From Candidatus Latescibacterota bacterium (GTDB taxonomy: Bacteria > Latescibacterota > UBA2968 > UBA8231), in assembly GCA_965204725.1 (NCBI GenBank), contig OZ242005.1, forward strand, positions 2,464,001-2,528,000: a stretch of 64,000 nucleotides of DNA, in the 5' to 3' direction. The notes under the pieces are model-generated. The model was not told the origin of the DNA and did not search any database. It saw only the letters and a program-made list of their open reading frames with translations. Position 1 is the first letter of the stretch. Every line of letters begins with the position of its first letter. The translations under genes and the position numbers were made by a program. Below are positions 51,290 to 60,858 of the stretch, in pieces.

Positions 51290-52529
51290 AACAGGGCTGA
51301 TAACGGTCAGTCCTAAGTTTCCGCTATATTCCTATCAGCGGCAGGTGCTGGCTGACATCGTCCGTGCCCTATCATCTCCTGAGCGTCGAGCTGTCGCTCA
51401 TCTTCCCACCGGTGCCGGAAAGACCAGAATCGCAGCCCATACAGCCTGTCACTTGCTGAACGAGAAAGATACCAATGATTCCCTTGTCATCTGGTTGGCG
51501 GCTACAGAGGAACTTTGCGAACAGGCGGCAGCCCAACTCTCAGAGGCTTGGACTCATCTGGGACGGCGAGATGCCTGCATTCATCGACACTGGGGAAATC
51601 GGTCGCTTGATCTAAGGCGTCTGCCATCTGGGTTCTTAGTGACAGGTCTTGCCAAACTGCGTTCTGCTGCATTCCAAGACAACACCCTTCTTGCCCACCT
51701 TGCACACTGTGCCGCGGCCATCATCTTTGACGAAGCTCATCAGGCCGTTGCGAAAACCTACTCCTTTATAACTGAGCAGCTATGCAGTGTAAGGCCGCCG
51801 CTTCTCGGCCTTACGGCCACGCCGGGACGCTCAGCGCATCTGACTGAGGACGACTATCGACTTGCCAGCATGTTCAATCACAACAAAGTTTCGATAGATC
51901 CACGAGGACACGACAATCCCGTCACCTATCTCATCCAAAACCGCTATTTGGCCGACCCGCGCTTTGTGCCAGTCAGCTTCGAGTCTGATGCTACCATCGC
52001 AGACCCGCAGCCCGGCATGGATTACAGTACAGATGATCTCGACCGCCTAGGCCGCAACCATGAACGCACACTCAAGATCGCCGAACTCGCAAAGGCCGCG
52101 GCGGCACGTCACCCTCGTACCATTGTGTTCTGTCCGTCGGTAGAAAGTGCCTTGGAATGCAACAAACTCCTTCGAGAAAAAGAGATCGTAACTAACGTCA
52201 TTACCGCCAATACTCCTAGTGAAGACCGTCGGGCTATCATCGACTTTTTTAGAAGCGACAGCAGGGAGCATGTCGTGTTATTCAACTATGGCGTACTCAC
52301 CGCCGGCTTCGATGCGCCCCGGACGCGATGCGTCATCATCGCTCGCCCCACCACATCACTGGTACTCTACTCGCAAATGGCGGGACGAGCAATGCGCGGT
52401 CCTAGAGCGGGTGGAAATTCAAAAGCTGAGATACTCACCGTTGCCGACACGAATCTCCCGGGATTCGGGTCTGTGACTGATGCCTTCACAAATTGGGAGG
52501 AACTATGGTCGACCAACTCGCCGAACTAA
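51282..52529 (+). CDS. SF2 DEAD/DEAH-box helicase (ResIII-like)
   Basis: LPTGAGKT, DEAH, LTAT, GFDAP, QMAGRAMRG. Confidence 0.93.
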   Translation: MSETGLITVSPKFPLYSYQRQVLADIVRALSSPERRAVAHLPTGAGKTRIAAHTACHLLNEKDTNDSLVIWLAATEELCEQAAAQLSEAWTHLGRRDACIHRHWGNRSLDLRRLPSGFLVTGLAKLRSAAFQDNTLLAHLAHCAAAIIFDEAHQAVAKTYSFITEQLCSVRPPLLGLTATPGRSAHLTEDDYRLASMFNHNKVSIDPRGHDNPVTYLIQNRYLADPRFVPVSFESDATIADPQPGMDYSTDDLDRLGRNHERTLKIAELAKAAAARHPRTIVFCPSVESALECNKLLREKEIVTNVITANTPSEDRRAIIDFFRSDSREHVVLFNYGVLTAGFDAPRTRCVIIARPTTSLVLYSQMAGRAMRGPRAGGNSKAEILTVADTNLPGFGSVTDAFTNWEELWSTNSPN

Positions 52530-54358
52530 AAGATGCAGATCGCAGCCTCTTTCCGAGCGATTTAACCATACGTGCTCTACGAGATAGTCGGTATCACAAC
52601 ACCGCCTATGCCATTGCCGAACTCATCGACAACTCGGTAGAGGCGAATGCTGGACAGATTGACCTCCTCTGCATGGAAGCACCTCAGAGAGTAGGGGTAC
52701 GGACTCAGCGACGAGTTTCCGAAGTGGCAGTCCTTGACAACGGCGATGGGATGGACGTAAAGACCCTCCTTGACGCCCTCAAATTTGGCGGGGGAACCCG
52801 TCATAATTCGGATAGAGGAGTAGGGAAATACGGCATGGGCCTCCCCACCTCGTCAATGTCGCAATGCAAAAGGGTGGATGTATGGACGTGGCAGGATGGC
52901 CTAGATTCAGTATGGCACTCCAGCATCGACGCTGACGACATTGAGCAAGGGAACCACAAGGTTCCCATTCCTGATCAAGAGACACCTATACCTGAGGTCT
53001 GGAGGGAGGCCGGCAGCGACGAAATATATGAACATCGCTCGGGTACGCTTGTCGTTTGGACCAAACTGGACAAAATTCAGTGGAGAACCGGCAGCACGAT
53101 CCTCAGACACACAGCCCGAGAGGTCGGTCGGATCCATCGGCACTGGATTGATGCGGAGATGACAAAAATACGAGTCGGCTTTTTTCTTAATAACCGCCCT
53201 ACCGAAATTAAGAGCGAGGACTGTATTGTCGCAAACGATCCTCTCTACCTGATGAATCCTTCCTCTACTCCTGTGCCTTGGAGTAACGAACCGATGTTTA
53301 AAGAATGGGCCAAGAAAGAATATACGCCTACCGTGGAGGGCAAAGAGGTCACTATTGAAGTGAAGTATTCAATCGTTAAGCCTGAAGCCTTGCAGACGAA
53401 CAGAGTTACGCAGAATCCCGGTGCTGAAAAGCATGGTACTCACGCCAGACACAACATCGGCGTATCGGTTGTTCGGGAAGACAGGGAGATTGTGCTCGAA
53501 GACGCCTTTCTTAGAGAAGGTGGGAGTGCTGAGAATCCACAGAACCGCTGGTGGGGCTGTGAGGTGCATTTCCCTCGCAGTTGCGATGAGTTGTTTGGCG
53601 TAGATCACAACAAGCAGATGGCTGCAAATTTCACACATGCAGCGAAGACCCTCGCTCGTGACGACCGCCCCAATCAGGTAATACTAGACGAGATGGGAAT
53701 CGACGACGACATCATCTATACCATAGTAGGGGATATTCGAGACGAAACGCGCACCATGATGAGTCAAATAAGGCAGATGTTTGATCAGAGACGGAACCTA
53801 CAGAATGGGGGCGGCGGAAGAAGCCCCGAAAAGAAAGCCGCAAAGACCGCTACTGACGCAGACCGAGAGGCTATAGAGGCTGGTGAAGAAACACCGACTA
53901 AGACAGATAAAGACCGCGAGCAAATTCCATCCCAAGAGCGGGAGGCTCGTCTCACGCAACAGTTCATTGAATCTGGTCAAGCTGCTCAAGACGCCCAACA
54001 ACTCGCGAAGCAATTGGTACAGGAAGACCTGTCATACCAGTTCAACTCGGATCAGCTTGACGGATTCCAGATTTTTAACGTGCGCTCGAACCAAGGAGTT
54101 CTGCACATCAATCTCAACACCGATCACCCGATCTATGACCTCCTCAAGCACATTGAAAACGGCCTTCCAGAAGATATCGACGAGAGCAGCCCTGCATTCC
54201 AAGCCAGCGTTGCGATCAGATTATTGTTGTCGTCGTGGGCTCGAATGGAAGACCAGACCGAATCACGTGAAGAGCGAATACGCATTCAGGACGTTGCCAT
54301 GAATTGGGGCCGTCAGGTAGATAAGGCCATCAATCAACTGCGCGATAGAGAGGGGTAG
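52505..54358 (+). CDS. GHKL / MORC-family ATPase
   Basis: AIAELIDNS, DNGDGM, GKYGMGL, GTLVVW; S5-like region with GVSVVREDREI and FGVDHNKQ; start ATG 52505 after GGGAGG. Confidence 0.9.
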   Translation: MVDQLAELKDADRSLFPSDLTIRALRDSRYHNTAYAIAELIDNSVEANAGQIDLLCMEAPQRVGVRTQRRVSEVAVLDNGDGMDVKTLLDALKFGGGTRHNSDRGVGKYGMGLPTSSMSQCKRVDVWTWQDGLDSVWHSSIDADDIEQGNHKVPIPDQETPIPEVWREAGSDEIYEHRSGTLVVWTKLDKIQWRTGSTILRHTAREVGRIHRHWIDAEMTKIRVGFFLNNRPTEIKSEDCIVANDPLYLMNPSSTPVPWSNEPMFKEWAKKEYTPTVEGKEVTIEVKYSIVKPEALQTNRVTQNPGAEKHGTHARHNIGVSVVREDREIVLEDAFLREGGSAENPQNRWWGCEVHFPRSCDELFGVDHNKQMAANFTHAAKTLARDDRPNQVILDEMGIDDDIIYTIVGDIRDETRTMMSQIRQMFDQRRNLQNGGGGRSPEKKAAKTATDADREAIEAGEETPTKTDKDREQIPSQEREARLTQQFIESGQAAQDAQQLAKQLVQEDLSYQFNSDQLDGFQIFNVRSNQGVLHINLNTDHPIYDLLKHIENGLPEDIDESSPAFQASVAIRLLLSSWARMEDQTESREERIRIQDVAMNWGRQVDKAINQLRDREG

Positions 54359-54360
54359 GA

Positions 54361-55206
54361 ATGTACGGGCGGCCCGGAGACATGTTGAGCAGTGTTTGTT
54401 CAGGTGCCCAACATCTCATCATCGCGGCACCGTACATCAAGGCTGATGCTCTTACTAAAGTTCTGGCCGACGTTAGTCCGGCAGCATCTCTTATATGTAT
54501 CACGAGGTGGAGTCCGCACGACCTCGCTGTGGGTGCTTCCGACACCGAATGCCGCACTATTGTCTCTGAGCGTGGAGGCTCATTCAGGCTCCACCCGTCA
54601 CTTCACGCCAAATACTATCGAGTGGATAACGTGGTCCTCATCGGGTCTGCTAATCTGACCTCTTCCGCATTGGGCTGGTCGCGCCAGCCTAATCTAGAAA
54701 TCCTCTGTCTTCCGGGAGACGACTTCGACGCGGACACCTTTCAGCAATTTCTGTTTGAGGGAGCAAGAGAAATCGGTGACGAGGAATTCGCACATTGGGA
54801 ATCCATAGCTAAGATCGGTGCTCAAGAGACGGGAAAGGCAACTGGCGGCCAACCCCGGCTTGACACTTGGCGACCGGCAACTCGCGACTTTAGGAACTTA
54901 GAACTCGCCTATCAGGGCAGAGAAGACGAGATCGCTTCATTCGACGAGCAGCGAGCGGCACAGCGCGACATCCGAGCTCTCCTAATCCCGCCTAGCTCAA
55001 CCGATGAACAGGTCCGAATGTGGGCATCGGCTTGTCTGCTTGCTGCCCCTTTCACCAACGCCGTGATACGGCTGCATGGTATAGAGGAACCAAATGCATC
55101 CCGCTCGCTGGCCGAGACCTATAATCTCGGAAGAGCTGAGGCTCGCAGGGATATGGAAACTGTCCAGAACTGGCTCACATTCCTCATGCCAGAACTACTG
55201 AACTGA
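54361..55206 (+). CDS. Phospholipase D-family (single HKD) nuclease-like protein
   Basis: IAAPYI, LHAKYYRVDNVVLIGSANLT, NLE. Confidence 0.88.
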   Translation: MYGRPGDMLSSVCSGAQHLIIAAPYIKADALTKVLADVSPAASLICITRWSPHDLAVGASDTECRTIVSERGGSFRLHPSLHAKYYRVDNVVLIGSANLTSSALGWSRQPNLEILCLPGDDFDADTFQQFLFEGAREIGDEEFAHWESIAKIGAQETGKATGGQPRLDTWRPATRDFRNLELAYQGREDEIASFDEQRAAQRDIRALLIPPSSTDEQVRMWASACLLAAPFTNAVIRLHGIEEPNASRSLAETYNLGRAEARRDMETVQNWLTFLMPELLN

Positions 55207-55286
55207 GAGGACGCCGATCCTTTCGCCGCGAGATCGGGCGAACCCGCGACTGCGGGATATTCCACAGAGAGGAACTGCTGACCTAA
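55204..55286 (+). repeat. Right boundary repeat: displaced rfbC 3' end
   Basis: Encodes RTPILSPRDRANPRLRDIP, then a 1-nt indel; its TAA overlaps the ATG of the next gene. Confidence 0.92.
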
Positions 55287-56149
55287 TGACATTTGATTTG
55301 ATGAAAGCACTCTTGGATACTGAGGCCCTGCGTCTCGCCCCACCGGGCGAGGTGTTTTGGTACACCTCGGGCACGGTAGGCCCTTACTACCTCAACGCAC
55401 ACTATCTCTACGGCGGCCCGGCCGCAGCCACGGAATTGCTATCCTTCATCGATGCGGCCAAGGAGCAGGAGGACTTCCCCCAGCGCTTGCGGGAGCGCGT
55501 CTTGAAGCAGTGCGCCGAGGACGCCGTCTATCGCCAAGTCATTGACTCCTTAGTCGCTCAAGCACAGGCCAGCGGGGCGCGGTTTGACGCGGTGTCGGGT
55601 GGCGAGCGCCGCGACTGGTTTTTTTCGCTGGCCGTGGCCGAGCGGTTGGGCAAGCCCTCATTGCTGATCTACAAGGATCGGCGCACCGCGTTACTGGAGG
55701 GAGAAACGCTGCGCCCAGCAGCGGCCAACTCAGTAGAAACGCTGCACGTGGCCGATATGGTGACCGAAGCGTCGAGTTACCTCCGCGCTTGGATCCCGGC
55801 AGTCGCAGCCGGCGGCGGGCGGATCGCCTATGCGGCCAATGTGGTCGATCGCGGGCAAGGCGGCTTGGAGGTGCTCAAAGCCGAGGGCATTGCGGCCGGA
55901 GCACTTATGCGCGTGGATGAGGCGTTCTTTGGCCGCATAGGCGAGTTGGGGCAGGTAGATGAGGCACAACGGGCAAGGCTCATTGAGTACTACCGCGACC
56001 CACACGGGGCGATGCGGGCCTTCTTGGAAGCGCATCCCGAGTTTTTGCGGCGCGCACTCCACGGCCGCGATGCACAGGCGGCGCAGCGCGCCCGCTTGCT
56101 CATCGCCGAAAACCCCTACGCGCTCGACGAGGCCCTCTGGCAAGGCTGA
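55286..56149 (+). CDS. Orotate phosphoribosyltransferase-like protein
   Basis: FWYTSGTVGPYYLN, SGGERRDWFFS, PRPP-loop-like LHVADMVTEASS, VVDRGQGG. Confidence 0.75.
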   Translation: MTFDLMKALLDTEALRLAPPGEVFWYTSGTVGPYYLNAHYLYGGPAAATELLSFIDAAKEQEDFPQRLRERVLKQCAEDAVYRQVIDSLVAQAQASGARFDAVSGGERRDWFFSLAVAERLGKPSLLIYKDRRTALLEGETLRPAAANSVETLHVADMVTEASSYLRAWIPAVAAGGGRIAYAANVVDRGQGGLEVLKAEGIAAGALMRVDEAFFGRIGELGQVDEAQRARLIEYYRDPHGAMRAFLEAHPEFLRRALHGRDAQAAQRARLLIAENPYALDEALWQG

Positions 56150-56150
56150 T

Positions 56151-59100
56151 CTAGCCGGCCGCCGCTTCCAATTCTTCGCCCTCAACCCGCACCGAAACGA
56201 GCTGGGAAACCCCTTCCTCCGGCATGGTGACGCCGTGCAGCGCGTCGGCGGCCGCCATGGTGATCTTGTTGTGCGTCACCACGACGAATTGCGTTTCTCG
56301 GGCAAACTCCTTGAGCACGCGCACGAAGCGATTGATGTTCGCGTCGTCGAGCGGGGCATCGACCTCGTCGAGGATGCAGAACGGGCTGGGCTTGACTTGG
56401 TAGATGGCAAAGAGCAATGCGATCGCCGTCAGCGCCCGCTCGCCGCCCGACAGCAGGGCAATGTTTTGCAGGCGCTTGCCGCGGGGGCGGGCGATGATGT
56501 CGATGCGGGCCTCTAGGGCATCGACGTTTTCCTCGAGGCGGAGGTCGGCCTCGCCCCCGGGGAAGAAGCGGACAAAGGTCCCCTTAAACTTCGCGCGGAT
56601 CTGCTCGAAAGACTTGAGAAACATCCGCCGCGCCGTGCGGTCAATCAGGCTGAGGGTCTTCTTCAGGTCCTCGGCCGCGATCACTAGATCGTCGCGCTGG
56701 TGGCGGAGAAAGTCGTAGCGCTCCTTTTGCTCCCGGTGTTCTTCCAATACGCCCAAGTGTACCGAACCCAAGCGGTGTAGGGACTGCCGCAGTTGGTCAA
56801 TGCGCTGTTGGGCGGCTTCCTCGTCGAGGGCTTCGTCGAGGGGACCCATGGCCGCAACATCGCAGTGCTGCTCCTCCTGCAAGCGCGAGCGAATGTGCTG
56901 GGTCTGTAGCTGCAACTCGGAGACGCGCACTTCGAGGCTCGCACGCCGCTCGCGCTGGTCGTTGAGCTGCCGCTGCAGGTGGCTGATGGTTTCCTGCAAC
57001 TCGCGGTTTTGGGCATTGGCCGCGGCCCAGCGCTGACGGCGTTGGTCTTGCTCTGCGGCCAAGCCCTCGCGGTCTTGGTGCAATCCCTTGAGCTCGTCTG
57101 TCAAGGCGGCACTGCGCTCACTGCATTCGGCCTGCTGGCGCTCGGCCTCGGTCCCTTCAGCCGCTAGGCGCTCAATGTTATTGTGCAGGTTGGCGTCGAT
57201 GTTTTTTAGGCGGGTGGCGTCGCGCTCTAGCCCTTGGATTATTTCGGTGGTGCGGGCGTGTTCCACCTGTAGCGCGCCGAGTGCTTCGCGCCGCTGGTGC
57301 CGCTGGGTTTCGCTCTGTTTGAGCTCCTCTTCCAAGGTGCTACTTTCCTCGCTGAGGCGGGTGCTTGCGGCCTCGTGGTGGCGCAGGTGTTCGGCTCGCT
57401 CGGCGATGCTTTGGTCGAGGGCTTGGCGGCGCTGGGCCAAGCGGGCGCTTTCGCTGTGGAGTTGCTTTAGGCGGGCGGCGAGCCGCTCGGCGTCCGCGCG
57501 GGCGCGCTGGTGTTGGTGGACCTGCTCGCGCTCGTTGGCTCGCCAAGTTTCGCTCTCGGCGGCTAGGGCCTCTAGGCGTTGCGCGAGCGCGTCGAGTTGC
57601 TCGGTGAGCGCGTCGATCCGGGGGACTAAGGCGGCATACCGTGCGTTTTGGTGGGCGACGAGCGAGCGCAAGGTGCGAATCTCCCGCCCGCGACCGAGGA
57701 CGCCCGAATCCTCGGCTTGGCTCTGGCCGCCCGACGCGAGGCCAAAGAGATCGATGGCTTCTCCGTCGATTGTGACACAGCGCAGGTAGGCGGTCGGGTA
57801 GCGGCGCGTCAGGGCCAGCGCAGTTTGCAGGTCGTCAACCAGAAAAGTGTTGTGCAAGAGGCAGGCGATCAGCGGGGCGATGGCGGCTTCGGGCCGCACG
57901 TAATCGAGCAATGGGCCGCGGAGCCTGGGCATGGGATCGGGGACCAAAACCGGGCCGAGGGGGCGAGGGGGGGCCTCTAGCGAGAGAATGCCGACGAGGC
58001 CAGAACGCGCCCGGAGATGGGCAATGCCTTTGAGCAAGCCGCTGTCCGAATGGGCGATCAACGCCTGAAGGGCCTCGCCGAGAGCGACCTCGACCACACG
58101 GGCGCGTTCTGGATCGACTTCGACTAGGTCGCCGAGGACGCCGTGGAACAGGGCCGCGTGTGGCGATTCGAGCATCAAGGTACGCACCCCGCTCTGATAG
58201 CCTTCGTAGCCGGCGCGCACTTTTTCGAGGGCTTGGACCCGCGCTTGGTTGGCCTCAGCAGCGCGCCGGGCCGCATCGCGTTGGACGCCGAGTTCGCGGA
58301 GGTCCTGCTCGATTTGCTCGCGCTCGGCGCGGGCGGCCGTGCGCTGTTGCTCGCAGGTGGATAGCTGCTGCCGAGTGGCGGTGAGGGCGGCTTCGGCCGC
58401 GGCCGCCGCTTGCAGGGCTTGGTCGCGTTCGGCCGCGACAGGGGACTCTTCGGCGCGCATGGCACCGGCGCGTTCGTCGAGCGCGTCGCGCTCGGCCTGC
58501 TGGCGCTCGAGTGCCCGGCTTATTTCGCCTCCTTGGCGCAGGTGCTCCATGCGCCCGCGCTGGCGTTGGGCCAACTCGGCTCGGTGGCTGTTGTATGCCT
58601 CTTCGGCCTGCGTGGCGCGCTGTTGGTGAGCCTGCAAGTCGCGCTCTATACGCACAAAGTCGGCGCGCACTTGGTCGCGGTGCGCGGTATTGTCGCGGTG
58701 CTGCTGCTGCACGGCTTCGAGTTGGCGGCTGTAATCGGCGTGTTCGCGGGCCGTGCGGGCGCGGATTTGTTCGGCCGCCTCGCGCCGCTCGCGCACGGCT
58801 ACGAGGAGCTGTTCGCGCTCGTGAATGGCCTCGATGCGGCGATTGAGCTCAAGGCCCGCTTGCTGCATGGCCTTCTCGGCTTCGGTCAGCGCGAGGCGCA
58901 CCTTTTCGAGCTCGGCCTCGCGGGTGGTAAAGCGGGTGTAGCCTTCTTCGGTCGCCTTGCTGAGGGCGGCAAATTCGTCTTGCAACGGGGAGATTTGGGC
59001 ACTGAGGGCGAAGAAACGCTGGCGTCCCAAGCGCACGTCGAGTTGGTCTAGCTCCTCTTTGAGTTCGCGGTAGCGACGCGCCCGGCCCACTTGGCGGCCG

Positions 59101-59714
59101 AGATGGTCAACTTGGCGTTTGACCTCGACGATGATGTCTTCAATCCGCTGTAGATCGGCTTGGGCGGCTTCGATCCGATTCCACGTGGAGCGCCGCTGAA
59201 CCTTGTATTTGGTGATACCGGCGGCCTCTTCGAGGATGCGGCGGCGGTTGTCGGTCTTGTCGCTGATGATTTCATCGACCATGCCCTGCTCCATTACGGC
59301 ATAAGCACCTTGGCCGAGGCCGGTGTCCATGAGCAGGTTGGTGATGTCTAAGAGGCGGCAGGGAATTTTGTTGAGGAGATAATCGCTCTCGCCGGAGCGG
59401 AAAAGACGTCGGGTGAGCACGACTTCGGCAAATTCGACGGGCAGCGCGTTATCGCGGTTTTCAATTTTCAGCGCGACTTCGGCCATCCCGAGGGCCTTGC
59501 GCTGGCGGGTGCCAGCAAATATCACGTCCTCCATGCGTTGGCTGCGGAACGTGCCAGCGCGCTGTTCGCCTAAGACCCAGCGGATGGCCTCCACCACATT
59601 GGACTTGCCGCAGCCGTTGGGGCCGACGATGGCCGTAATGCCCGGCTCAAAGGGAATGACAATTTTTTGCGCAAAGGACTTAAAACCAAAAATCTCGAGT
59701 TGATTGAGGCGCAC
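56151..59714 (-). CDS. smc: Chromosome segregation protein SMC
   Basis: GFKSF, GPNGCGKSN, hinge, LSGGE, LDEVDAPLD, VTH. Confidence 0.98.
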   Translation of the reverse strand: MRLNQLEIFGFKSFAQKIVIPFEPGITAIVGPNGCGKSNVVEAIRWVLGEQRAGTFRSQRMEDVIFAGTRQRKALGMAEVALKIENRDNALPVEFAEVVLTRRLFRSGESDYLLNKIPCRLLDITNLLMDTGLGQGAYAVMEQGMVDEIISDKTDNRRRILEEAAGITKYKVQRRSTWNRIEAAQADLQRIEDIIVEVKRQVDHLGRQVGRARRYRELKEELDQLDVRLGRQRFFALSAQISPLQDEFAALSKATEEGYTRFTTREAELEKVRLALTEAEKAMQQAGLELNRRIEAIHEREQLLVAVRERREAAEQIRARTAREHADYSRQLEAVQQQHRDNTAHRDQVRADFVRIERDLQAHQQRATQAEEAYNSHRAELAQRQRGRMEHLRQGGEISRALERQQAERDALDERAGAMRAEESPVAAERDQALQAAAAAEAALTATRQQLSTCEQQRTAARAEREQIEQDLRELGVQRDAARRAAEANQARVQALEKVRAGYEGYQSGVRTLMLESPHAALFHGVLGDLVEVDPERARVVEVALGEALQALIAHSDSGLLKGIAHLRARSGLVGILSLEAPPRPLGPVLVPDPMPRLRGPLLDYVRPEAAIAPLIACLLHNTFLVDDLQTALALTRRYPTAYLRCVTIDGEAIDLFGLASGGQSQAEDSGVLGRGREIRTLRSLVAHQNARYAALVPRIDALTEQLDALAQRLEALAAESETWRANEREQVHQHQRARADAERLAARLKQLHSESARLAQRRQALDQSIAERAEHLRHHEAASTRLSEESSTLEEELKQSETQRHQRREALGALQVEHARTTEIIQGLERDATRLKNIDANLHNNIERLAAEGTEAERQQAECSERSAALTDELKGLHQDREGLAAEQDQRRQRWAAANAQNRELQETISHLQRQLNDQRERRASLEVRVSELQLQTQHIRSRLQEEQHCDVAAMGPLDEALDEEAAQQRIDQLRQSLHRLGSVHLGVLEEHREQKERYDFLRHQRDDLVIAAEDLKKTLSLIDRTARRMFLKSFEQIRAKFKGTFVRFFPGGEADLRLEENVDALEARIDIIARPRGKRLQNIALLSGGERALTAIALLFAIYQVKPSPFCILDEVDAPLDDANINRFVRVLKEFARETQFVVVTHNKITMAAADALHGVTMPEEGVSQLVSVRVEGEELEAAAG

Positions 59715-59862
59715 GGTCTAGCTCCTGCCGGGCGCTGGGGAGGGAGCGCTCCGCTGGGGAGAGGGTGAGGGGCGGGCAATGCTAGGGGAGTGAGAAATGG
59801 CTTGGGGGGAGCCGTTTTTAAGTACTCAAAATTGAGAACCGCTGTCAAGGCAACGGCCACGA

Positions 59863-60351
59863 TCAGAAGTCCAAGGCCGAGTCGTCCACTGCGGCCGGGT
59901 CGTCTTCCTTGCCCATGGCGATGACGTGCTCGGCGGTGATCGCTTGGCGGCCGGCGTATCCAGCGTCGAGTTCGTGCCAATAGGCCACTCGGGGTTCGCC
60001 GCGCTGCCAGCACAACAGCACCCAGCGGCCTTGGTACGTAGTGGGGAAATCGAGGAGGCCGAGTTCGAGGCCGCCGACCGGGAAGCGGATGCCCGCGGCG
60101 ATAATTTCCGCGGCTACGATGCGCTTGATGTCCGTGATTAGCTCGTCGATGGACTGGCGGTGCTGGTAGAACGCGGCGTGATCGGGATTGGTGCTGTGGG
60201 AAATCGCTGGGCCCCAAAGCGCGTCGAGAATTTGCACCTGTTGGTCGTGGTAGCGGACGGCACTCTTTTTGACCTCTAGGCGCTGGAGCACATCCTCTAG
60301 CTGAGGCAGTTGGGCGTTGGCCTCTTCAATGGTAAATGCCTTGCGCGTCAT
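59863..60351 (-). CDS. DUF2203 domain protein
   Basis: FTIEEAN..LP, GLLDFP, LCWQRGE..V.YWH...GYAGR. Confidence 0.88.
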   Translation of the reverse strand: MTRKAFTIEEANAQLPQLEDVLQRLEVKKSAVRYHDQQVQILDALWGPAISHSTNPDHAAFYQHRQSIDELITDIKRIVAAEIIAAGIRFPVGGLELGLLDFPTTYQGRWVLLCWQRGEPRVAYWHELDAGYAGRQAITAEHVIAMGKEDDPAAVDDSALDF

Positions 60352-60533
60352 GGCTTTGTGGGGTGAGAGTCTTTCTATATTTATGGGCCGTGCGGCAAAG
60401 TATAGGCATTGCTGGGGGCCCCTACAAGCCCTTGCGCGGCTTTTGGCGATACGTGATATTTAACCCTGTTTTACGAGGCGGAAGGGGTCGGCGCAGCCAG
60501 CCCCGTCTTTTTTTATTTGCTACCAAAGTTCAC

Positions 60534-60821
60534 ATGGCGGTTACTACACAAGACGTCCACCGGGTTGCCGAGTTGGCGCGGTTGCGCTTTTCGCCCGCAG
60601 AGGAGGAAAGGCTGGCCGAGGAACTCAACCGCATCTTGCAGTACATGGACAAGCTCAACGAGCTAGACACCACGGGCGTAGAGCCTACGTCCCACGTGCT
60701 GCCCCTCGCCAACGCGTTTCGCCGCGACGAGGCAATGTCCTTTCCCGCAGCGGGCGAAATCGTCGCCGCGGCCCCGCAGCGCCAAGGGGATTACTTCAAG
60801 GTTCCGCGAATCATCGATTGA
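60534..60821 (+). CDS. gatC: Asp/Glu-tRNA amidotransferase subunit C
   Basis: VAELARL, LNELDTTGVEPTSH, YFKVPRII; start ATG 60534. Confidence 0.95.
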   Translation: MAVTTQDVHRVAELARLRFSPAEEERLAEELNRILQYMDKLNELDTTGVEPTSHVLPLANAFRRDEAMSFPAAGEIVAAAPQRQGDYFKVPRIID

Positions 60822-60858
60822 CGCTCGAGCAGCGGGCAGTTCAAAGGAGCGCGCCAAC

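Larger units (their letters stand above)
50193..55203. mobile_element. Genomic island inserted at the rfbC 3' end
   Basis: Flanking direct repeats, visibly lower GC, four co-oriented defence-type genes, no integrase. Confidence 0.8.

Noticed and set aside
60534-60821. Orphan subunits (gatC without gatAB, carB without carA, E1 without E2/E3) as signs of novel function
   Set aside because: Split operons are common; the partners are probably elsewhere in the genome.
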